From NCBI RefSeq assembly GCF_902652985.1, contig NC_047020.1, positions 29,760,001 through 29,824,000 of the forward strand: DNA of 64,000 nt, read 5' to 3'. The position numbers and the translations under genes are program-made. Shown piece by piece: positions 11,845 through 24,774 of the stretch. Within the stretch, counting starts at the first letter, position 1. Every line of letters starts with the position of its first letter. The notes beneath the pieces are model-generated. The model did not search any database, was not told the origin of the DNA, and was given only the letters and a program-made list of their open reading frames with translations. The DNA comes from Pecten maximus (taxonomy: Eukaryota).

Positions 11845-14360
11845 CATAGAGATTGTATCAGACTGTCTTCATATCAGGACAGTGTTAAAACCATGCACAG
11901 AAACTGTATCAGACTGTATTCATATCGGGACAGTGTTAAAACCACAGAGACTGTATCAGGCTGTCTTCATATCAGGTCGATATTAAAACTACAGAGACTG
12001 TATCAGACTGTATTCATATCGGGACAGTGTTAAAACTACAGAGACTGTATCAGACTGTCTTCATATCAGGACGGTGTTAAAACTACAGGGACTGTATCAG
12101 ACTGTCTTCATATCAGGACAGTGTTAAAACTAGAGAGACTGTATCAGACTGTCTTCATATCAGGAAAGTGTTAAAACTACAGAGACTGTATCAGACTGTC
12201 TTCATATCAGGAAAGTGTTAAAACTACAGAGACTGTATCAGGCTGTCTTCATATCAGGTCGATATTAAAACTACAGAGACTGTATCAGACTGTCTTCATA
12301 TCAGGACAGTGTTAAAACCACAGAGATTGTATCAGACTGTCTTCATATCAGGACAGTGTTAAAACCACAGAGATTGTATCAGACTGTCTTCATATCAAGT
12401 CAGTGTTAAAACTACATAGACTGTGTTAGACTGTCTTCATATCAGGACAGTGTTAAAACTACAGAGACTGTATCAGACTGTCTTCATATCAGGACAGTGT
12501 TAAAACTACAGGGACTGTATCAGACTGTCTTCATATCAGGACAGTGTTAAAACTACAGAGACTGTATCAGACTGTCTTCATATCAGGACAGTGTTAAAAC
12601 CACAGAGATTGTATCAGACTGTCTTCATATCAAGTCAGTGTTAAAACTACATAGACTGTGTTAGACTGTCTTCATATCAGGACAGTGTTAAAACCACAGA
12701 GATTGTATCAGACTGTCTTCATATCAAGTCAGTGTTAAAACTACATAGACTGTGTTAGACTGTCTTCATATCAGGACAGTGTTAAAACTACAGAGACTGT
12801 ATCAGACTGTCTTCATATCAGGACAGTGTTAAAACTACAGAGACTGTATCAGACTGTCTTCATATCAGGACAGTGTTAAAACTATAGAGACTGTATCAGA
12901 CTGTCTTCATATCAGGACAGTGTTAAAACTATAGAGACTGTATCAGACTGTCTTCATATCAGGACAGTGTTAAAACTACAGAGAATGTATCAGACTGTCT
13001 TCATATCAGGACAGTGTTAATACTACAGAGACTGTATCAGACTGTCCTCATATCAGGACAGTGTTAAAACTATAGAGACTGTATCAGACTGTCTTCATAT
13101 CAGGACAGTGTTAAAACTATAGAGACTGTATCAGACTGTCTTCATATCAGGACAGTGTTAAAACCACAGAGACTGTATCAGACTGTCTTCATATCAGGAC
13201 AGTGTTAAAACTATAGAGACTGAATCAGGCTGTCTTCATATCAGGACAGTGTTAAAACCACAGAGACTGTATCAGACTGTCTTCATATCAGGACAGTGTT
13301 AAAACTACAGAGACTGTATCAGACTGTCTTCATATCAGGACAGTGTTAAAACTACAGAGACTGTATCAGACTGTCTTCATATCAGGACAGTGTTAAAACT
13401 ACAGAGAACGTATCAGACTGTCTTCATATCAGGACAGTGTTAAAACTACAGAGACTGTATCAGACTGTCTTCATATCAGGACAGTGTTAAAACTACAGAG
13501 AACGTATCAGACTGTCTTCATATCAGGTCGATATTAAAACTACAGAGACTGTATCAGACTGTCCTCATATCAGGACAGTGTTAAAACTACAGGGACTGTA
13601 TCAGACTGTCTTCATATCAGGAGAGTGTTAAAACCACAGAGACTGTATCAGATTGTCTTCATATCAGGTCAATATTAAAACTACATAGACTGTATCAGAC
13701 TGTCTTCATATCAAGTCAGTGTTAAAACCACAGAGACTGTATCAGATTGTCTTCATATCAGGACAGTGTTAAAACTATAGAGACTGAATCAGACTGTCTT
13801 CATATCAGGACAGTGTTAAAACCACAGAGACTGTATCAGACTGTCTTCATATCAGGACAGTGTTAAAACTACAGAGACTGTATCAAACTGTCTTCATATC
13901 AGGACAGTGTTAAAACCACAGAGACTGTATCAGACTGTCTTCATATCAAGTCAGTGTTAAAACTACAGAGACTGTATCAAACTGTCTTCATATCAGGACA
14001 GTGTTAAAACTACATAGACTGTATCAGACTGTCTTCATATCAGGACAGTGTTAAAACTACAGAGACTGTATCAGGCTGTCTTTATGTCAGGGCAGTTTAG
14101 TTTATTTTGTTTAACATTACCATTTACAGCCATGGTCATTTAAGGATGTGTCGCGTTTTGGAGGTGGAGGAAAACCAGAGTACCCAGAGAAAAAACACCG
14201 GCCTATGGTCAGTACCAGGCAACTGCCCCATGTGGGTTTTGAACTCCCAACCCAGAGGTGGAGTGCTAGTGATAAAGTGTCGTGACATCTTAATCACTCG
14301 GCCCCTATGTTAACACAACAAAGACTGTATCAGGCTGTCTTTATGTCAGGATAATGTTAA
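11845..14360. repeat. 47-bp minisatellite, ~48 copies, filling intron 45
   Basis: Unit ACTACAGAGACTGTATCAGACTGTCTTCATATCAGGACAGTGTTAAA. Confidence 0.97.
14096..14306 (-). mobile_element. tRNA-derived SINE inserted in a terminal unit of the 47-bp array
   Basis: A-box-like GGCCGAGTGATTAAG, B-box-like GAGTTCAAAACCC, core GGGTACTCTGGTTTTCCTCCAC, A-rich tail. Confidence 0.8.
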
Positions 14361-14597
14361 ACCCTTGTAATACTGGTATGTAGCCAATTGTGTATAAAGC
14401 AGTTCTTAAGGGGGAAAATTGAACTTGCAGTACAGCAACAAAACCAAGAAAGTTCTCATTTTCTAAATGCATTAGGGAATTTATCTTTCATGAGAATTGT
14501 TCTTAGAGACCATAGGACCACAGTTGGTTTTGTTTACCTCAACAAAATGATACCGATCAATATATTGTATTTTATGAAGAAAATAAGAGAATATTAC

Positions 14598-14716
14598 CTC
14601 TAAAGGTTTGGAATTCCACTCGTATCCAACAATGCAGCATTTGAAGCCGTAGAAACAAGACTTCTCATCTTTGATGTAATCTGATGCAGTCTCTAGTGAA
14701 AATACTACTTCACTAC
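14598..14716 (-). CDS. MYCBP2: MYCBP2 exon 45
   Basis: FSLETASDYIKDEK...YGFKC. Confidence 0.95.
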
Positions 14717-15118
14717 CTGCAAACAAATTTTGAATAGACTTTTTTACCTCAGTAATACTGTTTCAACAACAGCTTCATAAATTAAGTTCTTGCTTCATCA
14801 TTTCGGAAACAAATAGGAATAGTTACATTTACATAATATCATTAATCATACTTATTGCATAAACATAATTTTGTGAATTCATATTCGAAAACCACATACC
14901 AATGACATTTATTCAAGTTTTATTTGGCCTGTATGTCTACTGTTCTACAAGAAAAAATGATTACATAATATCACTTTGAGTAAATGCACATGCCATTGAA
15001 CAAATGATTGTAAGCACCAGAACTACACAAACAAGATTTACTGTGCAATTAGTTAACAGGAAAAAAAATCTAATGGTACAGTACTAGAATTAATTTATCA
15101 TCATATTAATTAACTTAC

Positions 15119-15353
15119 CAGGAAGAATGATTGCATTCTTAGGCCAGTTGTCTGCCCCTGAGAATTTTTTTCGGAGGGGACTATAGTTCTGCTTGTTGGG
15201 CAGATCCTCAATTTCCTTGGTAACACTGGAAGTGATGCTAGTGGTGTTGATGATGCTAGGAATCAACAGCTGAAGTGTGTCCTCAGCCTGGGCTGTACCA
15301 CAGAGGGGGTCAAACTCCAGCACCATCCACTTGACAGACTCAGGGAACATGAC
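15119..15353 (-). CDS. MYCBP2: MYCBP2 exon 44
   Basis: FPESVKWMVLEFDPLCGTAQAED. Confidence 0.95.
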
Positions 15354-15776
15354 CTTAAATTACATGATATTATTGATAAATAATCAGTGATTTGCTAAGT
15401 TTGTACACAACAACACAGTAACCTGATCCTTTTAATTTTATAAATCTCATCTCCTTTGAAATCATGTTCTTGTAGAAAAAACAAATAACTAAGTCTTATT
15501 CAATGACATATTCTTTTATCATTAATTATACATGACTTCGGACATGACAAGCTTGTTGACCAAAGAAGACAAACAACTAAAACCAAAGATTGAATTGAAA
15601 TTGGCCGTTTATTTATTAAACGACAATTGAAATAAACTTGCAATACAAGTTGATATTCATAAAATCAACCATATGAATCGAACTTTGGTCCAAGGTGATT
15701 GTGCTAAATAATCTATTCTAGTAAGTGTTATTCATCTCCATTAAACATAGTGTTCTCGTAGTTCAAACAAACGTAC

Positions 15777-15965
15777 CTTGTAGTTAGCTACGGTAGCTGG
15801 TTTATAGGGATGGTCACTCTCCACCACGGCATAGTGATGTGAAGTTGTGCCCCCGTTGTTCTCTGTGCTCCCATCAGGGGAGGGCTGGGGCTGGGTAACT
15901 TTACTGTTGATACAAGTGAGGGCAGGCAAAATCTCCTGTATCATACCCAGCACTTGTACTGCCCC
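15777..15965 (-). CDS. MYCBP2: MYCBP2 exon 43
   Basis: HYAVVESDHPYKPA. Confidence 0.95.
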
Positions 15966-16169
15966 CTACAAATACAACACATGTATCGGTAAAGAAGTCA
16001 GTTTTTTCATCATGCTTTAATTTAAACGGGTACCTTTTAGTTCAAACCAAACTTGTCTAAAAATGACAGAACCAAGCTAAAAACCCTTACAGACAGGAAC
16101 TTAATTGTCAGCACAGAAACAATAGACAATCCTACCAGAGTACCTTAAGACAGGTGACCACATACTCAC

Positions 16170-16270
16170 CCGGGGGTCTTGAGAGGCTACAGGTCCAATA
16201 TACGCCAAAATGAGTGGCAGCAGAGAACAGAATAGATGGGAGTTTCCTAGGATTGATAATGATTCTTCCA
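16170..16270 (-). CDS. MYCBP2: MYCBP2 exon 42
   Basis: LLPLILAYIGPVA. Confidence 0.94.
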
Positions 16271-16506
16271 CTGTAAAATAAAACATGTTGTGATCTTTAT
16301 TTGTTCATGGTGTTTAACAATAAAACCTGTTAATGTTTGTAGCATTGGGCTGTATAACAATAATGGTCTTCATTGTAATAAAACAACTGAATTTTATTTG
16401 TATTGGTTCGTCTTCACTATCTGCTTCATCATTATTTTGACCCAAATTGAAGAAGATGATTCTGAAAAGATACTGTCCAACACTGTAAGTCAATGTATTT
16501 ACTTAC

Positions 16507-16646
16507 CAGGCAGGCCATTGGCTCGGTGTAAGATATCTGTAGTTACCCTACAGATGGCAGCCACCACATCAATAGCATTTTTACGTGCCTGGAGTTCAAC
16601 AAGACTCTTGCTGTTCTGTTGATAGGACTCTCCATCCTGAGGTGCA
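16507..16646 (-). CDS. MYCBP2: MYCBP2 exon 41
   Basis: AIDVVAAICRVTTDILHRA. Confidence 0.9.
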
Positions 16647-16770
16647 CTGAAGAGATACAAATACAGCCTTGTTCACAATATCTGTGAATCACTAATAACC
16701 ATCGATTCCTAGCACTACTTTCACAGGAATTATTTTTTTAACTCAATAACTTTTTTTATAATAAAACAGG

Positions 16771-16953
16771 CCTCAGTTTCATCAATGCTCCTTAAATCAA
16801 GGAAAACATTTTCCAAAGACAGCATCATTGGAGTATAGGAAACATTCAGTTATAATAAGGAAACTTTCCTGAGATTCTGTACAGCTTTCCTATGGAATAA
16901 TTCAAAATTAAGTTAAAGATTTTCCTTCAGTTAAGGAACAATGAAACTGAGGC
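16771..16953. mobile_element. Short Harbinger-like MITE
   Basis: TIR GCCTCAGTTTCAT / ATGAAACTGAGGC; flanked by CAG and (C/T)AG. Confidence 0.7.
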
Positions 16954-17325
16954 TAGATAAACTTTATAATGCTGTAATTTTCCTTCAGTTAAGGAACAAT
17001 GAAACTGAAGCCAGATAAACTTTATAATGCTGTAATTTTCCTTCAGTTAAGGAACAATGAAACTGAGGCCAGATAAACTTTATAATGCTGTAACTTTCCT
17101 TCAGTTAAGGAACAATGAAACTGAGGCCAGATAAACTTTATAATGCTGTAATTTTCCTTCAGTTAAGGAACAATGAAACTGAGGCCAGATAAACTTTATA
17201 ATGCTGTAATTTTCCTTCAGTTAAGGAACAATGAAACTGAAGCCAGATAAACTTTATAATGCTGTAATTTTCCTTCAGTTAAGGAACAATGAAACTGAGG
17301 CTAGATAAACTTTATAATGCTGTAT
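16921..17325. repeat. 58-bp tandem repeat, 7 copies, made of the MITE right end plus flank
   Basis: Unit TTTCCTTCAGTTAAGGAACAATGAAACTGAGGCCAGATAAACTTTATAATGCTGTAAT. Confidence 0.93.
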
Positions 17326-17419
17326 TTACTGGAAGGTCTGGATTATTAAGTGATCATGTTCTGATAAAGAGATAACAATTAAACAGAGGATGAAGGTTCT
17401 ATAGAATAAGATGATGTAC

Positions 17420-17598
17420 CTGTAGTACAGGATTTGAGGTATCTGTCCACGCATATGGTTGGTTCCATTGCTGCTAAGTGAACAGGCAGCAAAGTTGAAG
17501 GTTGTTCCATCAGGGCATTTGACTTTGTTTATACCATTGTCCCCATTCAGAGTGCGGGCTCCGTGGTTACGTAGTCTGATGGTATACTTCACCCCCTC
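17420..17598 (-). CDS. MYCBP2: MYCBP2 exon 40 (PHR2)
   Basis: CSLSSNGTNHMRGQIPQILYY. Confidence 0.95.
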
Positions 17599-17806
17599 CT
17601 AAAGAAAACCAATTGTTTCTAGTGGTTAGAAAATGTAATAAGGACGCGATATTTGAAAATCTCACAAAAATCTGGAAATAGATCAGCTTTTAAATGCAGT
17701 AAAACTTCGCCATTTTAATATTTAAATAACTGTAAATAAATGAATATGAACTGCTACAAATTGAATGTGTAGGACACTTGCAAGTAGAGATCATATCATG
17801 GCTTAC

Positions 17807-17938
17807 CTTTATCGAGACAGGACGGTCAAACTTGATTTCGGCGATGTCATTGACACAGTCCTCAGGACTGTAGGTACCTTTGACAAATTCTATGCTGCGC
17901 CACCGCTGAGCATGGTTGGTATCTGTTGGACCATCACT
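17807..17938 (-). CDS. MYCBP2: MYCBP2 exon 39 (PHR2)
   Basis: RWRSIEFVKGTY...DIAEIKFD. Confidence 0.93.
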
Positions 17939-18252
17939 CTGCAAACATACAAGTCAAAATCATAATTCACCATATTTTCCCAAAATAAAGTAGTTCATAA
18001 ATAGTGACATTCTGTTATGCTGAAGTTGGCTGGGATTGTCTTCCTTTTCTGAGACAAATGTCCACAGATAATTGGCCCAGCTGGATGATTATAAAATGAA
18101 AAATATTTAATTTGCACCGAGTTGGTACAACAATCAAGGGTGGTTTAGATAATTATAAATTGAAGACAATTCTTGTCAACCTGTTAACATTAAAATAAAT
18201 CAATGATAATGCTTAGAGTGTTTAGCTGGTGATCATGTTCATGTCTACTCAC

Positions 18253-18456
18253 ATCATCAAGTAGCTCCATTTCATACTCATAGCGCCCCTCTCCTCCATA
18301 GACACACACACCAGCGATCACAATGCCTGGCTTGTCCACACTGAAGGAAATTGCATCTGGACTGCCATTCCCTGTGTTCCAATACGCACTCTGACTCGTG
18401 CGAGTAAACCTGTTGGGGGTCACCAACAGTGGCCGTGTTGTTGTGCCAAGATCCAT
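18253..18456 (-). CDS. MYCBP2: MYCBP2 exon 38 (PHR2)
   Basis: WNTGNGSPDAISFSVDKPGI. Confidence 0.96.
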
Positions 18457-18690
18457 CTAGGATAAAGAAGTTTTAACATCTTTAATTCCTTACAATCAGC
18501 TGACATTTTGTAAAATTGAAACCTCAAAATTAATTCAAACTGCATTATTTGAAACATTTGATGTTATATTCAAAATTACTCCAAAAACCTCTGGCATTTC
18601 TATGGGAAAAAGTCATACCAGTTAACCAGATTGTTTACATGTGATGTGTACTGATCTCCTTAAAGGGTTTTACCACACTGTGTAACATAC

Positions 18691-18882
18691 CTCGAGCCCA
18701 GTGGCTGTGGCGGAGAGTTCGCTGACAATAGTGGAGAGTAAGGAACACGTGTTTCCCACCAGCACTGTAGGATACAGGGACATGTCACTACTCAGCGCCT
18801 GTCTCACCGGCAACATCACAATCATCAGCAGCTTGTCAAGTATTTCCTTAAATGTCACATGACTCCCACCAATGCCCGACAT
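18691..18882 (-). CDS. MYCBP2: MYCBP2 exon 37
   Basis: FKEILDKLLMIVMLPVR...IVSEL. Confidence 0.94.
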
Positions 18883-19118
18883 CTACAATAAACAGGTCCT
18901 AATTATATTAGTCAACAGTTGATAGACACTCAGTATTTCAGTTGAAATAAATATGGTGTAAGCACCATGAGAATTCATTTTATTTGTTTAAGACACTTAA
19001 TGTACAAAGTTTGGAATTCAGCATTTTTTTTTTTTACATCTTATTACTTCCTTTTAACAAATATTGAACAACAAAGTTTATAATCAATGCAGAAATATAA
19101 ATTTTAAATAAAACTGAC

Positions 19119-19349
19119 CTCAATTCGGTAGGTCATATGGCCAACGAGGATAGGGAATTTGTGAACCTCGCCCAAGCGGGCCATACTGTTGGTATTGTCA
19201 TCCATAATGACAGATTGTCGCCTCAGAATCTCCTCCGTGTGTGGTTCACAGTTGATAGGCATAATATTGGTGAGGCGGATAGTTGGGTGACACATGGCCT
19301 CCATCACAGCTGCCAGTAGGCGTCCATACCCATTGACATTCATCATGTC
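19119..19349 (-). CDS. MYCBP2: MYCBP2 exon 36
   Basis: RLLAAVMEAMCH...HKFPILVGHM. Confidence 0.94.
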
Positions 19350-19703
19350 CTGTACCACAAAATTATTATTAAGTAAATGGAAAGTCAGCTATGTGATTTA
19401 TGAAGTATTTTTCATAAAAACACATTTATACATTAATTTAGTAGCATATCCAGCAACTATTGATGATCCCAGTTCGTTCAACAATGTATTTACCTGATGT
19501 CTAATTCAGAAACAAGGAAATAACTGAAGATGGTCTGATTATTTACACAAAAATATCTACAATTTTAAATATCATCAGATGCAAATCATATTTCAGGTCA
19601 ATATTTGCCCAAATCTCGGATAAAAACTCAAACTGAGTAAAATTTTATCTCAAATGTGTACAGTCAACTGGGACTTTGGCTCTCCCTAACTTGTGGTACT
19701 GAC

Positions 19704-19975
19704 CGGTTCTAGCTGGTTAAGTAGGTCACACAAACATAGCCACTTGAGGTTTCCAGTCGGGTAGAAGGCATGGAAACAGGCTCGGAATGTCCTGTGACAT
19801 TCCAGTAGTATCTCCTCCTCCAGCTCCTCGAACACCTTGCCTGGAGGCTCTGATAGGTACATGTGTACCTTTGTAGGGCGAACCTCCTCGGCCAGGATAC
19901 GGCGTAGTAAGTCCTGTGTGTCACCTACACAGTGGGCTAGCTTGGTGGATTCAGACATACCTTTCTGTAGTTTGT
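19704..19975 (-). CDS. MYCBP2: MYCBP2 exon 35
   Basis: ECHRTFRACFHAFYPT...CLCDLL. Confidence 0.94.
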
Positions 19976-20338
19976 CTGGAGAGTAGAGAAGAGTACAGAA
20001 TGCAGGACAGGAAGGAACTTGGAGAATATGGTCTTTATTTTATATGACTTTCATATATTTTGTACCTTCTCAAACTTTACCTGAACAGAAACATCTTAAA
20101 CATATTTTTGGTTTATTGAAAAAGCAGTTTCCTGATGAGAGCAGTTAGTGACGAATGGTCTGTTTCCAGATAATGAATTAAAATAGCTTAACTTTGTAGG
20201 CCTTTCAGAGGAATCTCTGAAACTATTTGTTTCAAACAACATTTTTTTTAAAAAGCAGATTAGATTGTCTGCTACAACTACCAACAGTACAATCTAGCCC
20301 AATTTCCCACTGGGTGATTCAGTCTGCTGGAGACTTAC

Positions 20339-20531
20339 TGCCATCAGGGTAGATCTGTGTGACGTAGATCCGGAGGAGACACAGACTAGCCTTACAGATG
20401 TATACCACCCGCCGTAAATCCGACAGGGCTGCCATGTAGTTGTCTCCCCTTAGTCCGTCCATTTCTGCCAGTGAGGAGTGGAAGGTATTCCAGCTCCACT
20501 GTAGTAGCTTCAGTAGTGCCTCGAAGTTCTC
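20339..20531 (-). CDS. MYCBP2: MYCBP2 exon 34
   Basis: FEALLKLLQWSW...LLRIYVTQIYP. Confidence 0.93.
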
Positions 20532-20779
20532 CTGATCACACAAAAATATAATCTTACGAAAGTCTGCATATGATTTAATACTTCTCCCAGATAATTACAA
20601 ATAACAATTTAACATCTCATAGTCTATCAATTAGAAATAATTGATACTTGATCTTATGCTCCTCCATGAGCAGCTAATTCAACATGTCTTCTCATAGTCT
20701 TTATGGACAAGTAATATTGCATGTTCGAACATTGGAAAATATAACAAATCAATGCCACCTCTCCTATGCAACAATATAT

Positions 20780-21002
20780 ATCATGAAGAGGGGTTCGAAC
20801 GTGACCTTCGACCCTTTAATCTTAACTGATGACCACCTGAATATGATCAGATGTACTTCAGCTTGATGTTATATATTATATCATAAATATGTGTTGAGGC
20901 GTTCACAAGATATGTCATTGATACTTAACAGGATGGGATGCGATGGGAGAACATGGGTAACATTATTTGCCGCTCTCATAAAAAAGTGAGGGCATAAAAA
21001 TT
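20780..21002 (+). mobile_element. Possible decayed Helitron/Helentron-type non-autonomous element
   Basis: TGACCTTCGACCCTTT motif, 3' hairpin CTC...GAG followed by GGCATAAAAA; recognition by resemblance only. Confidence 0.35.
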
Positions 21003-21045
21003 ACGCAACTGAAGAATTGATCCTTTAGAGGCTGAGTCGACTTAC

Positions 21046-21142
21046 TGGTGAGACAGAACAGGCAAAGTCTTGACTGAGGACATGGGCAGGCTCGGTGTGA
21101 TCAACCTTCCTCACAGCTCCTGGACTGTCTCTCGAGGGCAGT
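21046..21142 (-). CDS. MYCBP2: MYCBP2 exon 33
   Basis: LPSRD...EPAHVLSQDFACSVSP; CAGCAG acceptor. Confidence 0.9.
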
Positions 21143-21686
21143 CTGCTGAGATGTTATGAGAAAAGATTCTGTTAAGTTTAGTCTATTTCTGATAGAAAAA
21201 AACATTGATAACTATAAAATGATCTTAAATGCAAAAAAATTAAGATACTTATCACATGACTCAAAATCTTCCATTTTGACTGGTTTTATAGTCAAAATGT
21301 GGAAGGCTTAATTAGATGGAGACAGCAATTTTGTTGCTCTATTCATCCATATTATTATGTCACAATCAATTTCTGACTGGCACAGCTGATGAGAAATGCT
21401 CTGGGATAATCTAGTGACATATGAAAATTATTATATGGGCGAATTCACTGGATAATAGACTGATTATGTGACAGGCAAAAACAATAATTCATACCGAGAT
21501 GTTAATGATGACATGGAAAATAAATTATTGAACAATATAATGTCAGATATTTACTTCACTGACACAGACAATACCTTAGTTTTTACAGGTTTGATTTACT
21601 GCACTGCAAACGCATAAAAACTAATTTTCATTTTGCTAAATTGTGCTCTTCTGTAGAGAATAAATTTTTCAGTTGGTAATATTGAC

Positions 21687-21770
21687 CTGTACAGTAATTG
21701 TGGGATTTGTCCAGCATTGACATCCGTTCCATTATTGGACTTGCGAGAACTTCTGAACTTGAATACCACT
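21687..21770 (-). CDS. MYCBP2: MYCBP2 exon 32 (PHR1)
   Basis: SNNGTDVNAGQIPQLLY. Confidence 0.95.
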
Positions 21771-21981
21771 CTAAAACAGAAAAAGAAATTTAATTTTCAC
21801 ACAAAGTCTACAGAATATAAGAAATTTAATTCTGAACAGATACATCATTCAACGGCAAGAAATCAATTAATCCTAGACCTTAAAGCAACTTGTTCCACAA
21901 ACACTATCACGCTTTAGTCTTTGCCAGGTCTCACATTTGACCTCCATATCGTGATTATCCTAACGAAGGGAGACTACTCAC

Positions 21982-22116
21982 TGGTCCTCTGTGGTGACGA
22001 CAGACTGCCCTGTAGAACCACAATCACTACTAGGCCCAGAGATCCTTGCCCAGGCCACATACCAACTGTTTGCCTGGAGGGTCACTGGTTCCTCAAACAC
22101 CATGGCAAACTTCTCC
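21982..22116 (-). CDS. MYCBP2: MYCBP2 exon 31 (PHR1)
   Basis: WYVAWARISGPSSDCG. Confidence 0.95.
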
Positions 22117-22508
22117 CTGTAACAGATTGTCTGCTTTAGACATGTCACCATAACCATACCATCGTACAGGAGAATTATATGTTTATGACCTCTATGATAC
22201 ATTTGCTGAGACATTTTGATATCCTCATCTATAGTGTACCCATAATTCAATATCAATCAAATCTTATTCCTTCAAACTTTTTTTTCCTACTTTTCTCTTG
22301 GGTTAACATATACCAAACGGCTAAACAATGATATAATCTATATACATATCAGACGTGGAACTCTGTTCCAGAGGTAGAACACAAACCATCTATCATCAAC
22401 ACTGAGATATCTATATCCCCGTCCAGCTGAATGTATGTGGCACTCACTTCCACAATCGTGATTATGAACTATAAATATTTCTAAGACATATTACATAACA
22501 TAGCATAC

Positions 22509-22603
22509 CTGGCTCCGCACTCAAATGCCATCTCTTCTGTCTCAGCCAATAGCTCTCCATCCTGGGCCTCATTCTCTCCTCCCTCAGGACCCAACTCAAA
22601 CAG
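22509..22603 (-). CDS. MYCBP2: MYCBP2 exon 30 (PHR1)
   Basis: LFELGPEGG...DGELLAET. Confidence 0.94.
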
Positions 22604-22975
22604 CTAAAACATTAAAATCAGTTTTAATTAAAATTGAAAATCAATGTTATAATAGAATCCAACCTATTATCTCTATAAATTCTTATAACCAAACAAATAA
22701 TAGAATATATCATTCTTTAGATCTGTTTGTAGATTAATAATTCATAATGATGAAAAAAAAACAACCAAAAAACCCCATTTACATTGGATACGTTGAAGGT
22801 ACTAATAATGGCATGTCACTAACACATCGTATATGACAGACATGTAACCTGACCACTTTGAAACATGTTGTCCTCAACATGTAATTATAAACAAATGACT
22901 GTATGACCAACTACATGTAATCTCATGACTATACAATAATTCATTATAGTCAGAGAAAACTGAATGACCAATCAC

Positions 22976-23103
22976 CTTGATACGGCCGTAGTACTCGCCA
23001 CGACCACCAAACAGTCCATAGCCACCCAGGATGATGTCGGTGTCCACCATGAATCGGACAGCCTCCACAGAGTGACCAGAATACCCCCACCCTCCTCCAT
23101 GGC
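22976..23103 (-). CDS. MYCBP2: MYCBP2 exon 29 (PHR1)
   Basis: HGGGWGYSGHSVEAVRF...GLFGGRGEY. Confidence 0.96.
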
Positions 23104-23278
23104 CTGAAATATAACACCACACAAATAAATTAATTTCAGCAGTAAATGATTTTTTTAACTTTCCGTTCTTTTTTTCCTTTTCTTGTTTTCTTAATAAATT
23201 TTCATTCTATGCCTAGTACTGTTTTCATGTAACTTTTTAATTCAAATTGATTCAACTGAATATGACAGATGTACTGAC

Positions 23279-23404
23279 TTTCAAACCTGTTGACCACTGA
23301 AAAGTCCTCCTTGCTGTAGACTTTGGAGGCAGTCATCTTCTCTTTGGTTTCCTCCATCACTGTCAGATTGGAAAGCTGAGCCGAGGTCAGTGTGTCCAAA
23401 CAGC
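23279..23404 (-). CDS. MYCBP2: MYCBP2 exon 28
   Basis: CLDTL...KVYSKEDFSVVNRFE. Confidence 0.94.
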
Positions 23405-23848
23405 CTGAAACAAAAAGGAACAGATTCCTTGTTTTACCTATTTTGAAATTGTAGTTATTGTATCACTTATTAATTCAATTACATCAATCTACTCTTTCAT
23501 CATGTTAATTTCAAAATAGGTTTGAGTAACAATTTCCATTCATGATAATAAGATAAACAGCCAAATGGCCAAATCTAAAAATAAGTGAGGTTAAACAAAA
23601 AAAATTAATAATTGTGATAAAAGAAAAAATCTCTATTCAAGAAAATATTCCTGACTATAAAATTGCAAAACACTATACAATAAGCTGCATTTTCTCCGAC
23701 CTGTACCGATCATGCATAGAATATTAGGAGTCCTCCTCTTGTATACATATTTTTTATGGAAGAGACCTTCATACAGTAAATATGCTTAATACAGATAACA
23801 TATATATGGTGTATCAACAATACAGAGATAGAGCCTGTTGAGGTTTAC

Positions 23849-24024
23849 CTAGCAAATGGAGGGCACAGTGGGACCGTGTTGCCTGGCAACCTATCCGAAC
23901 AGGCACAGAAATCTCAGGCTTGAATAAATCATGGATGTTGGCCATCTTGACTCGAGACTTGAGTGGTCGTGCTTCCGAGGCCATCACATTGTAGCAGGCC
24001 ACCTCGTGTTTTGTATGTGAATAG
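23849..24024 (-). CDS. MYCBP2: MYCBP2 exon 27
   Basis: TRSHCALHLLG. Confidence 0.93.
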
Positions 24025-24221
24025 CTGCAATTACAATTGTACAGTGCAACTGGTTTGTTTATATCTGGATTGCACATATCAAATCTACTATTCCTCATTG
24101 GACATGTGTAAATCATGATCAAACAAGAGAACATGGCAATGGACTGTTTCCTGAGATATTTAATGCCTGACTGAGAATTCATTATTATAAACTAGGGTAA
24201 GTAAAGATATTCTGTACTTAC

Positions 24222-24296
24222 CTCCACAGCACATCATACACAGGATCTAGACACACAGAGTCCTGGGACAAATCCACTTGGTCCTGACCTCCCAGG
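24222..24296 (-). CDS. MYCBP2: MYCBP2 exon 26
   Basis: VCLDPVYDVLW. Confidence 0.93.
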
Positions 24297-24490
24297 CTGC
24301 AATGAAAAACAAGAATAATCATCAATGACTTTCAGGTATTGATGGGTTTCTTTTCGTAAACAGTATGTTATAGTGCAATTGAAGTTTCTTCTACAAAATC
24401 TTTAACTCTTGAACGTTTTTTGTTGTGTTATATCAATCAATTGAAATTAATAGACAAATACAACCGTCCAGCGTAGGGGAGATAACTCAC

Positions 24491-24569
24491 CTACGACAAC
24501 TGCCATCTGCCTTGCTGATCATCAGACACTTCATTATTCCAGCATTTTCTTCTCCCATTGGAATCAAAC
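24491..24569 (-). CDS. MYCBP2: MYCBP2 exon 25
   Basis: KCLMISKADGSC. Confidence 0.9.
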
Positions 24570-24774
24570 CTGTCCAAAAAATGGCACTTTATATTTCTAT
24601 TTACAAACAACACAAGGGACATAAATTTTCTTTGAAATGCTTTGCATTTGGAACTGATTAAAATTTGTCTTTAGTATGAACTACATAAAAGATGATCACT
24701 GTACAAGATGCATTGGCAAAGAAATTTTGGAAGACTCAATATGGGCACTGCTGACTGACTAGTCGAGGACTTAC

